In this document: positions 1-9,419 of the stretch, piece by piece
Layout: the number at the start of each line of letters is the position of its first letter
How positions within the stretch are numbered: position 1 is the stretch's first letter
Source of the DNA: an uncultured Candidatus Binatia bacterium
GTDB taxonomy: Bacteria; Desulfobacterota; Binatia; UBA9968; JAJDTQ01
Length of the DNA: 64,000 bases
Reading direction: 5' to 3'
Assembly (NCBI GenBank): GCA_964291295.2
Contig: OZ219754.1
Location: 2,720,001 to 2,784,000 of the forward strand
Program-made: the position numbers and the translations under genes
The notes under the pieces: generated by a model
Told to the model about the DNA's origin: nothing
The model's database searches: none
The model's input: only the letters and a program-made list of their open reading frames with translations

Positions 1-309
1 GAATTCACGAATTTTCTGGTTCGGGAGCAACTGCACTGCGATCTGGGCCGAATGTTCTTCTTCACCCAATGGGCGGACTCCCGTTCCGGCGGCGCCACCT
101 GGTTCTTTCTCGTCAAGCTCCCGGATGACCTCCGCGTTGCCGGCGCCGCCTGGTGCGTTCCGGACAGGGCGTTGCTCCGCTGGCGCGAGGGTGGGCTCTC
201 CCTGGATTTCGAAACCTTCGCGTGTCTGCGGATCCTGACGGATTTTTCCTCCTGTGACAGTCTCCTGTCCGAATACCGGCTCCGCGAGACGCCCCACACC
301 CGGCCATGA
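1..309 (+). CDS. C-terminal part of a NUDIX-hydrolase-like (NUDT19-type) protein, truncated by window edge, possibly degenerate
   Basis: Frame open from base 1 (EFTNFLVREQLHCDLGRMFFFTQW...TWFFLVKLP...WCVPDRAL...GLSLDFETFACLRILTDFSS). Pattern resembles the C-terminus of NUDT19-like Nudix proteins. Confidence 0.4.
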   Translation, partial: EFTNFLVREQLHCDLGRMFFFTQWADSRSGGATWFFLVKLPDDLRVAGAAWCVPDRALLRWREGGLSLDFETFACLRILTDFSSCDSLLSEYRLRETPHTRP

Positions 310-1274
310 CGACAGAATTGACCGTCGCACTGGAGCGCCATGACCGGCACTTGCCGTTCTTCATGGGAATGATCACCCCCCCGGACGGTATCACCCTGAA
401 GGTGCTCGAGGTCGGCATGGCGCCGCCCCGGCGCGACGGCATCGACCCTCACCCACGCTTCTGGCGCGGGGACGAGAGCGACATCTGCGAGATGTCGCTC
501 TCATCCTGCCTGACGGCCAAGAGCCGTGCCCCGGCTACACGGCGACGCCGGTGTTCCCGCGCCGCCTGTTCAGCCAGAACCACATGTTCGTCAACACCGC
601 TGCCGGTATCGACGAGCCCGCCGGCCTGATCGGCCGGAAAGTCTGCTGCCGCAGTTTCCAGACCACCATGTCGGTGCTGGCCAAGGGCGACCTCGCGTTC
701 GAGTACGGCGTTCCTTGGCAGGAACTCGACTGACAGACCATGAGCGCGGAGCTTGTCGACTGGCCGGGCCGCGCGGCGGCCGCTCTGATCCGCATCGACG
801 AACCCGGCGCCCCGGACGCACTGATCAGGGGCGACCTCGCCGTGATGATCCATCCGCATCCGCCGGCAAGGCTGTTGGAGGGGCTGCGCGAGGGATCCGT
901 TCGCCGGCTGTTCCCCGACACCAGGGAAGAATGTGCCCGCTATTTCAGGAAGTATGGCGATTATCCCATCATGCACGTGCTGGTCTTCAGGCAGGAGACC
1001 GCCGACCGTCACCCGGAACTGCCGCGCGCTCATGGCCATGTGGGAGGATTCCAGGGCGCAGGCGGCAGGATTCCATGAAGACCCGGGCTATTCGGAACTG
1101 GCCTTCGCGCGCAATGACTTCGAGGAGGAGCAGGCCCTGTTCGGGGCCGACATCTGGCCGTCGGGCGTCGCCGCCGACCGCGCCGGCCTCGAACGCTTCA
1201 TGAATTACCTGGCCGGCATCGATGCCCCCTGTCCGGTGGAGGACCTCTTTCACCCGAGCGTGCCGGATACCTGA
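306..1274 (+). pseudogene. 4,5-dihydroxyphthalate decarboxylase-like / periplasmic-binding-fold protein, broken by two frameshifts and one nonsense codon
   Basis: Family motifs spread over ORFs 306-629 (DICEMSLSS), 551-733 (FPRRLFSQNHMFVN...GVPW), 740-1078 (YPIMHVLV) and 933-1274 (FGADIWPSGV...VEDLFHPS). TGA 731-733 sits at an expected Trp. Confidence 0.8.
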
Positions 1275-1509
1275 ATCCACGTTACCCGGATGACCCGCCG
1301 TCATGGCGGGGAGACGACCGGCCGGATTGCCATTCCCACGCGGCGCCACAGCAGCCCCCCCGACCGGCCACTGGCGGCGCGGGTGATGGCGAAACACCCC
1401 GAACTGTGTGATACTGCGTCTGTTCCGCTGAGAAACGCGGAACAGCGGCCATCGTCCCTTGGGTTGATCGTCCCTTGGCCTTTTGTCATTTCGCGAAGTG
1501 ACCCGTGCC

Positions 1510-2847
1510 ATGAAACTCTACGTGCAAACCTACGGCTGCCAGATGAATCAGCTCGATTCGGCGCGGATCGTGCAGTTCATGAAGTCTGCGGACTATGAAC
1601 CCACCGACCGCGTGGAAGAGGCCGATCTTATCATACTCAATACCTGCAGCGTGCGGGACAAGGCGGAGCAGAAGGTTTACAGTGCGCTGGGAAGATGGCG
1701 TCCGCTCAAGGAAGAGAAGGGGGTCATCCTCGGGGTGGGCGGCTGTGTCGCCCAGCAGGAAGGGGAGGCGTTGCTCCGCCGGGCACCGTATCTGGATCTC
1801 GTATTCGGCACCCACAACATGCACAAGCTGCCGCAGATGGTCGCGGAGGCACGGGAGGCGTCCCGGCGCCCGGTGGAGACGGCCTTCTACCGCGACCCGT
1901 TCCATCTCGAGGATCCGGCGGGGCTTCCCGAGGCCAATGGGGCCAAGGCTTGGGTCACCATCATGCAGGGGTGCAACAAGGTCTGCAGCTTCTGCATCGT
2001 CCCCCGGGTGCGTGGGCGCGAGGTGAGCCGCCCCAGCGACAACATCGTCCGGGACGTGGAGGCACTGGTTCGGCGCGGGGCCAAGGAGGTCCTGCTGCTG
2101 GGGCAGAACGTCAACTCCTATGGCCAGACGATGGAAGGGGAGCGCTCTTTCCCGGAGTTGCTGGAACGGATCAATCAGGTTCCCGGGATCCGGCGGATCC
2201 GCTTCACCACATCCCATCCGCAGGACCTTTCGCCGGAGCTGGTGGACGCCTTCGTCCGGCTTGAGCACCTGTGCGAGCACCTTCATCTGCCGCTTCAATC
2301 CGGCTCCGATGCGGTGCTGGCGCGCATGCGCCGCGGCTACGGGCTGGGCGAGTACATGGAACGGGTCCGGGCGCTGCGAAAGCGGCGGCCGGAGGTGGCC
2401 ATCACGACGGACATGATCGTCGGATTCCCGGGCGAGACCGAGGCGGAGTTCGAGGAAACGCTGTCCGTCGTCCGGGAGATCGAGTACGACGACATGTTCG
2501 TCTTTGCCTATTCGCCGCGTCCCCGTACGGTGGCGGCCAGGGTCTACCGGGATGACGTTCCCGACCAGGTCAAGGGCGAGCGTTGCCGGAGACTGCAGGA
2601 GCTGCAAAAGGGCATCTCCCTCCGCAAGAACCGGAACCTGATCGGCGGGAAACAGGAGATTCTGGTGGAAGGGCCGTCCAGGCTGGGCGGGGATCAACTC
2701 ATGGGCCGGACCCGAACCAACCGGATCGTCAACTTCACACCTGACGAAACCACCGTCCCGGCGGAGATGGCTCGGGTGCGCGTGGTCGGCGCCACGCCCA
2801 ACTCGCTGGTGGGCGAGGCTATCGGAGCAAGGGAGGCCATCCAATGA
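1510..2847 (+). CDS. miaB: tRNA-2-methylthio-N6-dimethylallyladenosine synthase MiaB
   Basis: TYGCQMN, LNTCSVRDKAEQK, GCVAQ, radical SAM CNKVCSFC, C-terminal TRAM domain. Confidence 0.97.
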   Translation: MKLYVQTYGCQMNQLDSARIVQFMKSADYEPTDRVEEADLIILNTCSVRDKAEQKVYSALGRWRPLKEEKGVILGVGGCVAQQEGEALLRRAPYLDLVFGTHNMHKLPQMVAEAREASRRPVETAFYRDPFHLEDPAGLPEANGAKAWVTIMQGCNKVCSFCIVPRVRGREVSRPSDNIVRDVEALVRRGAKEVLLLGQNVNSYGQTMEGERSFPELLERINQVPGIRRIRFTTSHPQDLSPELVDAFVRLEHLCEHLHLPLQSGSDAVLARMRRGYGLGEYMERVRALRKRRPEVAITTDMIVGFPGETEAEFEETLSVVREIEYDDMFVFAYSPRPRTVAARVYRDDVPDQVKGERCRRLQELQKGISLRKNRNLIGGKQEILVEGPSRLGGDQLMGRTRTNRIVNFTPDETTVPAEMARVRVVGATPNSLVGEAIGAREAIQ

Positions 2848-3359
2848 AGGATCCTGATGCTATTGAAATGACCGTGGCCGGGCTGACGCTCGATCAGGTT
2901 ACCCGGACGCCCATCGTGGTATTGAAGGATTCCGAGAACAAGTTGCAGCTTCCGATCTGGATCGGGCTGCTTGAGGCCACGGCCATGGCCACGGAAATCG
3001 AAGGTATCCGGATGGCGCGCCCCATGACCCACGACCTGTTCAAGAACGTGCTGTCCGAACTGGGCGGGACGGTGAAGCGGGTTGCCATCACGGAACTCAA
3101 GGAAAACACCTACTACGCGGTGATCACGCTGGCGGTGGGCGACCGCGAGGTGGCCATGGATTCGCGCCCCAGCGATGCCATCGCCATGGCGCTGCGCAGC
3201 AAGACTCCCATCTACGTGGCCAAGGAAGTACTGGAGCAGTCGAGCGTGCTGCAACAGGCGGAAGAGGGGAAAGACCCGAACTTCTCCAATGTCTCCAAGG
3301 AGAAATGGGGGGAGATCCTCGACAAGATGTCCCCCGAGGACTTCAAGTACAAGATGTAA
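2844..3359 (+). CDS. Bifunctional nuclease family protein (DUF151)
   Basis: LPIWIG, RPMTHDL, DSRPSDAIAMALR motifs; ATGA overlap with miaB. Confidence 0.93.
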   Translation: MKDPDAIEMTVAGLTLDQVTRTPIVVLKDSENKLQLPIWIGLLEATAMATEIEGIRMARPMTHDLFKNVLSELGGTVKRVAITELKENTYYAVITLAVGDREVAMDSRPSDAIAMALRSKTPIYVAKEVLEQSSVLQQAEEGKDPNFSNVSKEKWGEILDKMSPEDFKYKM

Positions 3360-3383
3360 GGCAGGTTGGGAGATTTCGGCGCC

Positions 3384-4082
3384 ATGGCCTCGGCGAAAAA
3401 GCGTATTCTGCGAAGGGACATCCGTCAGCCGGACCGGTTCATGGTGTGGACCGGCCGATTCCTGGATCTGCTCAGGGCTTACCGGGCGCAGTTGATCTAT
3501 GCGGGTGCCGCGGCGGTGGCGGTGGCGGTGGCCGTGGGTGGCTGGCAGTACTACCGCACCTACCAGCGGGATCTTGCGTTCCGGCACTACGACCAGGGAC
3601 TGCAGGAGTATCGGGAAGGCCGCTACGACGCGGCCGTCGAGACATTCCGCAGTCTCAAGGACCGTGGCGTGGCGCCCTACGACGTTCTTGCCGAACTCTA
3701 CATCGCCAACAGCTTCCTTGCACTCGACCAGCCGGCCAACGCCGTGACGACGCTCGGCGGCTCCGCGGTCGCCGGCCGGGAGGGTTTTCTCAAGCAGGTG
3801 GCGCTCGTGGCCCTCGGTCTGGCCCAGGAAATGAACGGCTCGTGCGAAGAGGCGGTGCAGTCCCTCGACCGTGCTCTGGAGCACCCGGGGCCTTTGCGCC
3901 AGGAAGCCATGCTCGGCAAGGCCCGCTGCAACACCCGGTTGGGCAAGACGCAAGACGCGGTGGACACTTACAAGGCCTATCTCAAGGAATTTCCCGAGGG
4001 CGAGACCGTCGAGGTCGCGTTGCGGATGCAACGGCTGGAAGCCGAATCGGGAAACTCGCCGTCACCGGCCGCGCAGCAATAG
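3384..4082 (+). CDS. Membrane-anchored tetratricopeptide repeat protein (YfgM-like)
   Basis: N-terminal TM helix followed by GWQYY, then TPR helices ending YLKEFPEG. Confidence 0.8.
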   Translation: MASAKKRILRRDIRQPDRFMVWTGRFLDLLRAYRAQLIYAGAAAVAVAVAVGGWQYYRTYQRDLAFRHYDQGLQEYREGRYDAAVETFRSLKDRGVAPYDVLAELYIANSFLALDQPANAVTTLGGSAVAGREGFLKQVALVALGLAQEMNGSCEEAVQSLDRALEHPGPLRQEAMLGKARCNTRLGKTQDAVDTYKAYLKEFPEGETVEVALRMQRLEAESGNSPSPAAQQ

Positions 4083-4211
4083 CCGCGGCCAACCTCCAGG
4101 ACAGGACAAGAACCGGATTCGAGGCGCACCATTGGGGTTTGCCCGGCGTGCCTCCGGAGCCTGCCGGCTGCCTCTCGGGCGCCCCAACCCGCGATCGACA
4201 TCCGACACCAA

Positions 4212-4239
4212 ACGTCCGATAATGTATATTATGTCAACT
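4212..4239. other. dif: dif site (XerC/XerD chromosome dimer resolution site)
   Basis: ACGTCCGATAA-TGTATA-TTATGTCAACT versus E. coli GGTGCGCATAA-TGTATA-TTATGTTAAAT; AT-rich island in a convergent intergenic region. Confidence 0.9.
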
Positions 4240-4497
4240 ACTGGAGGTGTGGCCGGCACGCATGGGGGCGTTCCGGTCCGGCAGCGTTCGAGGCCTGACT
4301 TCTCGTGGGGAATCCGGTTTGGCCGCCGGCCCCCCTTCCCCGGACCTGACGGCGGATGGGGCACGCGCTGAAAGGTTGCGGCAGCCCTTGAGGTCGGAGA
4401 TGCCTGCCAAGCGGGGCGCCTGTCCGTGAGGGTACCGCGGCCGAGGCTGGTGCGGCTGAGAGGGTTGGTTGAATTGGCTGAACTGGCAGCGGCGAAC

Positions 4498-5535
4498 CTA
4501 CCGCTCCACCGGCAACTCCGCGTCGTTCCATGCCAGCAGGCCGCCGGCCAGATTGGAGACGTCGGTGAAGCCGGAGCGGCCCAGGATGGCCGCGGCGGTC
4601 GCACTGCGCATGCCGGCACGGCAGAGGGTCACCACCGGGCCTTTCTTGTGCTCGTCGATCTCCTCCAGGCGCGTTACAAGCTCCCGGAGCGGGATGAGCA
4701 CACTGCCGGGCAGGTGGCCGAGCTCGCCCGAGTATTCGGCAGGCTCGCGCACGTCCACCAGCAGCGGCCGGGTGTCCGAAGCCAGCAGGCGCCGGAGCCC
4801 CTGGATGTCGATTTCCCGAACCTTCTTGAGCTCGCTCCAATCCGGAAAGCTGATCTGGCCGCTGCCGAGGGCGGACTGGTTGGGCTGCAGGACCTCCTGG
4901 ATATTCTGCGGCGGCGAGAGCTGGAGGTTGTTCATCAGGTCGATGTATTCCTGCCGGGTTCGGTTGGCGAGGCGCGGGTTGCCCTGCCTTTCCCGGCCGA
5001 TGGTGGATGTGGTGTTGCCGCGGTAGTCGTGGCCTGGGCGAACGATGGTTCCGTCCGGCAGCGTAAAGAGCTTCCGGGTGACGGCGTCGAACTGGGCACC
5101 GGCGTCGCCGCCCGCGAAGTCGGTACGTCCGGAGCCGCCGATGAACAGGGTGTCACCGGTGAGCACGTTCCCTTCCACCAGCAGGCTCATGCCGTCCGGG
5201 GTGTGTCCGGGGGTATGCAGGACGCGAATCCTGAGATCTCCGACTTGAATCTCGTCGTCCTCCTCCAGGTGCATGTCGACGGCCGGACTCGGCGCCCACT
5301 TCTGCATGGCGAATCGCGACCCCACCAGAAAGCGCAATTGCGGGCAGCCGCTGAGATGATCGGCGTGGGTATGGGTATCGATGACCAGATCCAGCGTGAG
5401 GCGGTGGTAGGCCAGCACCGCGAGATATCGGTCCACATGGGCGTGGAGGGGATCCACCAGGATAGCGTGTCCCCTGCCCTCATCGCCGATCAGGTAGGTC
5501 TTGCAGCTTTCACCGTTGAGTTCGCTCAGGATCAT
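4498..5535 (-). CDS. Persulfide dioxygenase (ETHE1-like MBL fold)-rhodanese fusion
   Basis: THTHADHLSG, HTPGHT, GDTLF, GRTDF, PGHDY; C-terminal rhodanese with DVRE and CRAGMRS. Confidence 0.9.
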   Translation of the reverse strand: MILSELNGESCKTYLIGDEGRGHAILVDPLHAHVDRYLAVLAYHRLTLDLVIDTHTHADHLSGCPQLRFLVGSRFAMQKWAPSPAVDMHLEEDDEIQVGDLRIRVLHTPGHTPDGMSLLVEGNVLTGDTLFIGGSGRTDFAGGDAGAQFDAVTRKLFTLPDGTIVRPGHDYRGNTTSTIGRERQGNPRLANRTRQEYIDLMNNLQLSPPQNIQEVLQPNQSALGSGQISFPDWSELKKVREIDIQGLRRLLASDTRPLLVDVREPAEYSGELGHLPGSVLIPLRELVTRLEEIDEHKKGPVVTLCRAGMRSATAAAILGRSGFTDVSNLAGGLLAWNDAELPVER

Positions 5536-5556
5536 GGAGACCGGGTCGAAAGGGCA

Positions 5557-6714
5557 TCAGAAATAACGCCAGAGCCACCATTTCTCGAACAGGAGCTTGC
5601 TCCAGTAGATCATTCGGGATGGGCCCCAGGAACGTGAGTCGGTGGCGCCGAAGGGGGGCCATCCCTGAGGGTATATGGTGCGGTTGGCGGCGGCGCGTCC
5701 CGCGCCGCAGGCGAGCAGTCATATCGTGTGCAGGTGCAGGGTCGACAACTCTCCTTCTCCGGTGATCTCCGCCACGAGATTGTCCGCCACCACGTCGGCT
5801 TCCTGGTGCGCCACGCCGCCGGCCTTGGAGGCGGGCATGTCGGCGCAGTCGCCGATGGCGTAGACATTTTCCCACTTGGTCTCCAGGGTATCGTAGTCCA
5901 CCTGGATGCCGGTCTCCCGTTCCGCCAGCCCGCATTCGTAGAGCACTCTGGAGGGGCGGTGCGGCGGTACCATGAACAGGAGGTCGTAGGAAAGCTCGTA
6001 GCCGTAGAGGCCGTGGACCCGCTGCTTCTCGGCGTCGATGGACTGCACGATGAAGTCGTAGTGGATGGAGACGTTGCGTTTCCTGCTCTGGGAGTCCATC
6101 CACACCAATGGCAGGTGTTCCTCGCCGGCGGGCTCGGGCTCCGGGGTGAAGTATTGCAGGGCCACCAGGTCGCGGATGTTGCGTTCCTTGAAATAACTAT
6201 CCAGCATCCACTGGGCTTCATAGGGTGCGGGCGGGCAACGGTAGGGGCCCTGCGGCACACCCACCAGCACGCGTCCTTCGCGGAAATGGTCGAGGGTGGT
6301 CCTGAGCCGCAGGGCGGCGTCCATTTCCCAGGGATGGTGCGCCCCTTCGGCGAAGCCGGGAAGCAGGTCGGGTCTGACCTCAAGACCCAGGGAGACGATC
6401 AGGTAGTCATAGGGGATGGCGGTACTTTCGAGAACCACCTGCCGGCGGCCGGGATCGATCCCCAGGATCTCCGCCTGGAGCACCCGGAGGTTGCGCTTTT
6501 CCAGACGCTTGAGCTTTCGCGTGATATCCTCGGGGCGGCGTTGCCCCACCATCACGAACAGGAAAGCCGGCATGTAGACGTGGTCGGCCCGGCGGTCGAT
6601 GAGGATGATGTCGTGGTCCGCTCCCAGCGCGCGGCCGAGCTTGGTGGCCGCGACGATGCCGCCGCTGCCGCCGCCGAGTACGACGATCTGTTTGCGTCCG
6701 TTGTGGTAATGCAT
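5557..6714 (-). CDS. sqr: Sulfide:quinone oxidoreductase (type III-like), predicted selenoprotein, 385 aa with UGA/Sec at codon 332 (5719-5721)
   Basis: GGGSGG FAD motif, YRCPPAPYE, VYAIGD, KAGGVAHQEA. The frame continues past TGA for 53 codons into the typical SQR tail PSRMIYWSKLLFEKWWLWRYF. Confidence 0.85.
5690..5708 (-). promoter_or_regulatory. Bacterial SECIS-like hairpin
   Basis: mRNA reads UGA-CUGCUCGCCU-GCGGCGCG-GGA-CGCGCCGC: perfect 8-bp stem, G-led apical loop, stem starting 10 nt after UGA. Confidence 0.75.
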
Positions 6715-6732
6715 CCCTGATGGCCGCCTTCC

Positions 6733-6942
6733 TCAGGAGGCCGTCCGCTGCCGCCGCCGCGCGCGCAGGGCCAGACCTTTCAGGCTGCGCATGCGCCGGT
6801 CCCGCCACATGCGCTGCTCCTGCCGTCCTTCGTCGGTCAGTTCCGATTCGAACCGCGAAGTGCCCCGGATCAGGAGCAGCACCAGGAAATCGGAACATCC
6901 CTTGAGCTGCTCCGCCATCCACGTGAAGAGTCCGCCGGACAT
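6733..6942 (-). CDS. Small hypothetical protein (69 aa, basic C-terminus)
   Basis: Fills the gap between the DHDPS-like gene and sqr on the same strand; no recognisable motif. Confidence 0.4.
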   Translation of the reverse strand: MSGGLFTWMAEQLKGCSDFLVLLLIRGTSRFESELTDEGRQEQRMWRDRRMRSLKGLALRARRRQRTAS

Positions 6943-6955
6943 CACAAACCGTCCA

Positions 6956-7921
6956 CTAGCGAAGGAACGTGTCTTCGTGGGAGAGCTGGATCGCCGCCTG
7001 GTCAAAGGCCGCTTCGTCCGGCTCACCGTCTCCCAGGATGCCGATCTGACTCAGAAACTGCCCGATCTGGACATGATCCCTGGGACTTACCGGAGCATAG
7101 GGCCGGGCCGGGTCGCCGATATCCACCCCGAAGTGCTTCAGTGCCGACTTCATGATCGGCGGCAGCCCGTAGGCGCCCCATTTCCCCGGGAAGAGCGTAA
7201 AGCAGCGCTGCCAGTAGCGCGCCTTGTCGATGTCCCCCTCCCGGAACGCCCTCGCCACCCTGGCGCCGATGCGGGTGCCCGGAGGCGGCATGGTGGCCCC
7301 GGCACCGCCCATCATGAGGGTGGTCAGCAGCGGCTGCATGGTGGTGAAGTAGCTGGCCTTGCCGGCCAGGTGCACCTGCTCGATGAGTCGCGTGATCTTG
7401 GTGATGTCCCGCGAACTTTCCTTGAAGTAGTCGACTTTTTCCAGTTCGCTCAGCCGCACGAAGGCATCCAGCGGCGGATCGGCGCCGGGGCCGGGATTGT
7501 GGTAGGCGACGATGGGCAGCGGGCTGACCGACGCCACCTCGGTGAAGAACTGCACCAGGTCGGCGATGGTGGGCTGCCCGCCCCACGGACGGATGGGCAT
7601 CAGCACCTGGATGAGGTCGCCGCCCGCGGCGGCGGCATGGTCCGCCAGTTCGAGAACGGTGTCGATGGAATGGCTGGACGCCCCGAGAATGACCGGCACG
7701 CGCTTGTTGACGATTTCGGTGGCGCGCCGCATGACGTCCTTGCGTTCCTGGAGGGACAGCACGGTGTATTCCGAGGCTTCGACGGCGGCCACGGAGATGG
7801 CATCGCAGTCGGCCACGAGAAATTCGATCTCCCGGGCCAGCGCATTGTAGTCAACTTTCCCGTCGTCCGTGAAGGGCGTAAGCGCCGCTCCTATGATTCC
7901 ACTGATGGGCTTCGCCAGCAT
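6956..7921 (-). CDS. Dihydrodipicolinate synthase/N-acetylneuraminate lyase family aldolase
   Basis: AALTPF..DGKVD, RVPVILG, YHNP, Schiff-base Lys in YFKESS. Confidence 0.9.
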   Translation of the reverse strand: MLAKPISGIIGAALTPFTDDGKVDYNALAREIEFLVADCDAISVAAVEASEYTVLSLQERKDVMRRATEIVNKRVPVILGASSHSIDTVLELADHAAAAGGDLIQVLMPIRPWGGQPTIADLVQFFTEVASVSPLPIVAYHNPGPGADPPLDAFVRLSELEKVDYFKESSRDITKITRLIEQVHLAGKASYFTTMQPLLTTLMMGGAGATMPPPGTRIGARVARAFREGDIDKARYWQRCFTLFPGKWGAYGLPPIMKSALKHFGVDIGDPARPYAPVSPRDHVQIGQFLSQIGILGDGEPDEAAFDQAAIQLSHEDTFLR

Positions 7922-7992
7922 CCATCACCTCTCGGGGATTGAGTCGGGACAACCGATGGTCATGTGTTCCGGGGAATGGACCCGAATCGCCG

Positions 7993-8643
7993 TTAGATCT
8001 CGGCGACGATTCTGGCATGGGCGGCGTCGCTTCCCCGCACCTTCAGGGGCAGCGCCATGATACGGCTTTTCCGTCCCGCGATGGCCCCCAGATTGGTTAC
8101 GTTCTCGGCGATCAGGATGTCGTTTCCCAGCAGGGTCCGATGTACCGGGAAGGCAAATCCCTTGGGCCGCAAGGGGGTCGGCAGATCCACCGTGATACAG
8201 TCGATGCCGAACAGCTTCACCCCGCGCGCCACGATCCATTCCGCCGCATCGACGGACAGATAGGGGTGCATGTTGTATGTTTCGCTTTCGAATTTCTCGT
8301 CCCATCCGGTATGCAGCATGAGGATGTCTCCCCGCTCGACGGGGACTCCCGAGCCTTCGAGGTCGGCAGCCGTGACCTCCTCCCCCCCGCTCTTCTCCAC
8401 GGAGATGACGACACCCGGACCGACGAACGCATCAAGGGATAGTTCCTCGATGGACTTGCCGTCGGGTATGATGTGAACCGGCGCGTCCACGTGAGTTCCG
8501 GCATGACACGGCAGGGTGATCTCGGTGACATTGAGGGGATGGCCCTTGCCGAGGTCGAAGAACCGCTGCACGTGCACGTCCGGAAGCACGGGGATCTTGG
8601 GCATGCCGTCGTAGATTATCCGTGAAAGATCGATCATGGACAT
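7993..8643 (-). CDS. Cyclase family protein (kynurenine formamidase KynB-like)
   Basis: IDLSR, HAGTHVDAPVH, TGW, GID, VHRTLL, ENVTNL. Confidence 0.92.
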   Translation of the reverse strand: MSMIDLSRIIYDGMPKIPVLPDVHVQRFFDLGKGHPLNVTEITLPCHAGTHVDAPVHIIPDGKSIEELSLDAFVGPGVVISVEKSGGEEVTAADLEGSGVPVERGDILMLHTGWDEKFESETYNMHPYLSVDAAEWIVARGVKLFGIDCITVDLPTPLRPKGFAFPVHRTLLGNDILIAENVTNLGAIAGRKSRIMALPLKVRGSDAAHARIVAEI

Positions 8644-8678
8644 GGTGGTGTTCCTGAGGGGTCCGGGCGCCCGCGCTC

Positions 8679-9419
8679 TCAGGTGCGGTGCCAGGCGGCG
8701 TAGATGGCATCCTTGTCGACGAAGGCTCTCCGGATGCCGTCGAAGGCCAGCCAGAACTGGTCCAGGGTCTTCTGCACCGACTGTCGCACCAAGTCCTGCT
8801 GCTGGTCGGTGACGGCGTACTTCCGCACCGCTTCGGGCCCCACCTTCATGTGCTCTTCGTCCACTCCCATGTGAAGCGTCCAGTAGCGGATGTCGTCGCT
8901 TTCCCGGTCGAAGCCGTAATGGGTCGTCAGTCCGGTGACGATGCGGCTCATGCGCTCGCTGGCGGTGCCTTCCAGGCAGAACCCCTGGCAGGCATACAGT
9001 TCCAGCCACGAGCGCTGGTACATCAGCAACTCGCGCCAATCGAGAAACGCCGATGTCTCGGGCAGCGGCCGGACCGAGTCCAGTTCCTCCTTGGACTCGA
9101 AACCGCAGGCCATCGCGAATCTGATGAAAAGGCCCCGGTGGCTGTCGGTGCCGGAGATCTCGCCGGTGCCCTCCTCCACGACATTCTCGATCCACATCCT
9201 CTCCAGCTCGGCGTCGTCGGGACAGCGCCCCAGCATGGCCGCGATGGGCTTGGGGAAGGGCTTGGGGAAAAAAAGATAGAACTGCCCCACGAACCCCTTC
9301 AGCGCCTCCCGGTCGATCTCTCCCCGTTCGATCATCCCGATCATCGGATTGTCCTTGGAGTGCTTGGCGCGAACCGTGTCCATTATTTCGCTTACAAACG
9401 CATCACCGGCAAGAGGCAT
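8679..9419 (-). CDS. Heme-oxygenase-like diiron enzyme (PqqC/CADD/TenA family)
   Basis: ENVVEE..G..SH, CLEG, YWTLHMGVDEEH metal-ligand pattern. Confidence 0.85.
   Translation of the reverse strand: MPLAGDAFVSEIMDTVRAKHSKDNPMIGMIERGEIDREALKGFVGQFYLFFPKPFPKPIAAMLGRCPDDAELERMWIENVVEEGTGEISGTDSHRGLFIRFAMACGFESKEELDSVRPLPETSAFLDWRELLMYQRSWLELYACQGFCLEGTASERMSRIVTGLTTHYGFDRESDDIRYWTLHMGVDEEHMKVGPEAVRKYAVTDQQQDLVRQSVQKTLDQFWLAFDGIRRAFVDKDAIYAAWHRT

Noticed and set aside
731-733. In-frame TGA as a second possible selenocysteine
   Set aside because: Position corresponds to Trp in the family, and the gene has other frameshifts; it is a nonsense mutation.
4300-4360. Minus-strand GTCAGGTCCGGGGAAGG resembling the SRP RNA (ffs) core
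   Set aside because: Lacks the conserved GGAAGGAAGCAGC continuation and the upstream GAACC pairing; not supportable.
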